A stretch of DNA of 37,526 nucleotides from Bacteroidota bacterium (GTDB lineage Bacteria > Bacteroidota > Bacteroidia > Flavobacteriales > Weeksellaceae). A program made the position numbers and the translations under genes. A model generated the notes under the pieces. It was not told where the DNA came from. It ran no database searches and saw only the letters and a list, made by a program, of their open reading frames with translations. This document shows positions 37,260-37,526 of the stretch, one piece after another. The stretch covers positions 1 through 37,526 of the forward strand of contig JAEXJU010000221.1 in assembly GCA_023448955.1 (NCBI GenBank), in the 5' to 3' direction. The stretch's first letter is position 1. Every line of letters begins with the position of its first letter.

Positions 37260-37499
37260 TTATTCTGCAGTTCTTGGCTTGCAGCACCCTCTTCCGAATT
37301 GCGATCTTACTTTTTCTTTTAGCGAGTTGTATTCTTCATCGTTCATCGTTCTGATTCTGTCCGCAAAACCGAACGGTGTTCTTTCTTTCACATCATATTC
37401 GTCGAAGATTCCTCTCACGAACGCTTTTCTTTTTTGTGCTTTTTTGGCGATGATGGCTACAGCTGCTAAACCAGCGATGGCTAAAATTCCTTTTTTCAT
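37260..37499 (-). CDS. Small hypothetical protein with an N-terminal hydrophobic anchor (79 aa)
   Basis: MKKGILAIAGLAAVAII; A-rich leader; followed by a terminator. Confidence 0.7.
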   Translation of the reverse strand: MKKGILAIAGLAAVAIIAKKAQKRKAFVRGIFDEYDVKERTPFGFADRIRTMNDEEYNSLKEKVRSQFGRGCCKPRTAE

Positions 37500-37526
37500 T
37501 ATTTTAAAATTTACGTTTTACATTTA

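Overview
This low-GC window looks like Bacteroidota (Flavobacteriia, probably Weeksellaceae such as Chryseobacterium or Epilithonimonas). That assignment is inferred from TAnnTTTG promoters, signal peptides ending in Q and T9SS C-terminal domains. The left 21.7 kb, downstream of the mnmE 3' end, is accessory-like and has three parts. (i) 1-8753 holds a beta-propeller LytS-type kinase and LytTR pair, followed by an operon of exported proteins that includes two LGFP-repeat proteins. (ii) A fructokinase-like gene sits next to a decayed GH32-like gene remnant. (iii) 10.8-21.4 kb is a partly decayed general-stress cluster: truncated alpha-amylase, SDR, DUF892 ferritin-like, KGG-repeat hydrophilin, PA2169-family, internally deleted Zn-dehydrogenase, katE, ndh, Crp/Fnr regulator, two small lipoproteins and an Hc1 histone-like gene. 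The right part is mostly core: mnmE, tyrS, a 2OG-Fe(II) oxygenase, esterases, aminopeptidase P, rbfA, a LolC/E permease, three tandem T9SS-secreted endonuclease-I paralogues, a GDSL hydrolase and a DnaJ-domain protein. The most notable signals are: an identical 16-bp Crp/Fnr-type palindrome (TATGATTTGAGTCATA) at a fixed class-II distance upstream of three stress-cluster promoters; three sigma54-like GG-N10-GT promoters, one in front of the Crp/Fnr gene, which suggests a regulatory cascade; an unlisted 50-aa CC-x8-CxxC peptide gene behind a Fur-box-like operator; and a GC-rich palindromic element inserted in frame into a lipoprotein signal peptide. All family assignments come from motif recognition by eye; no searches were run.
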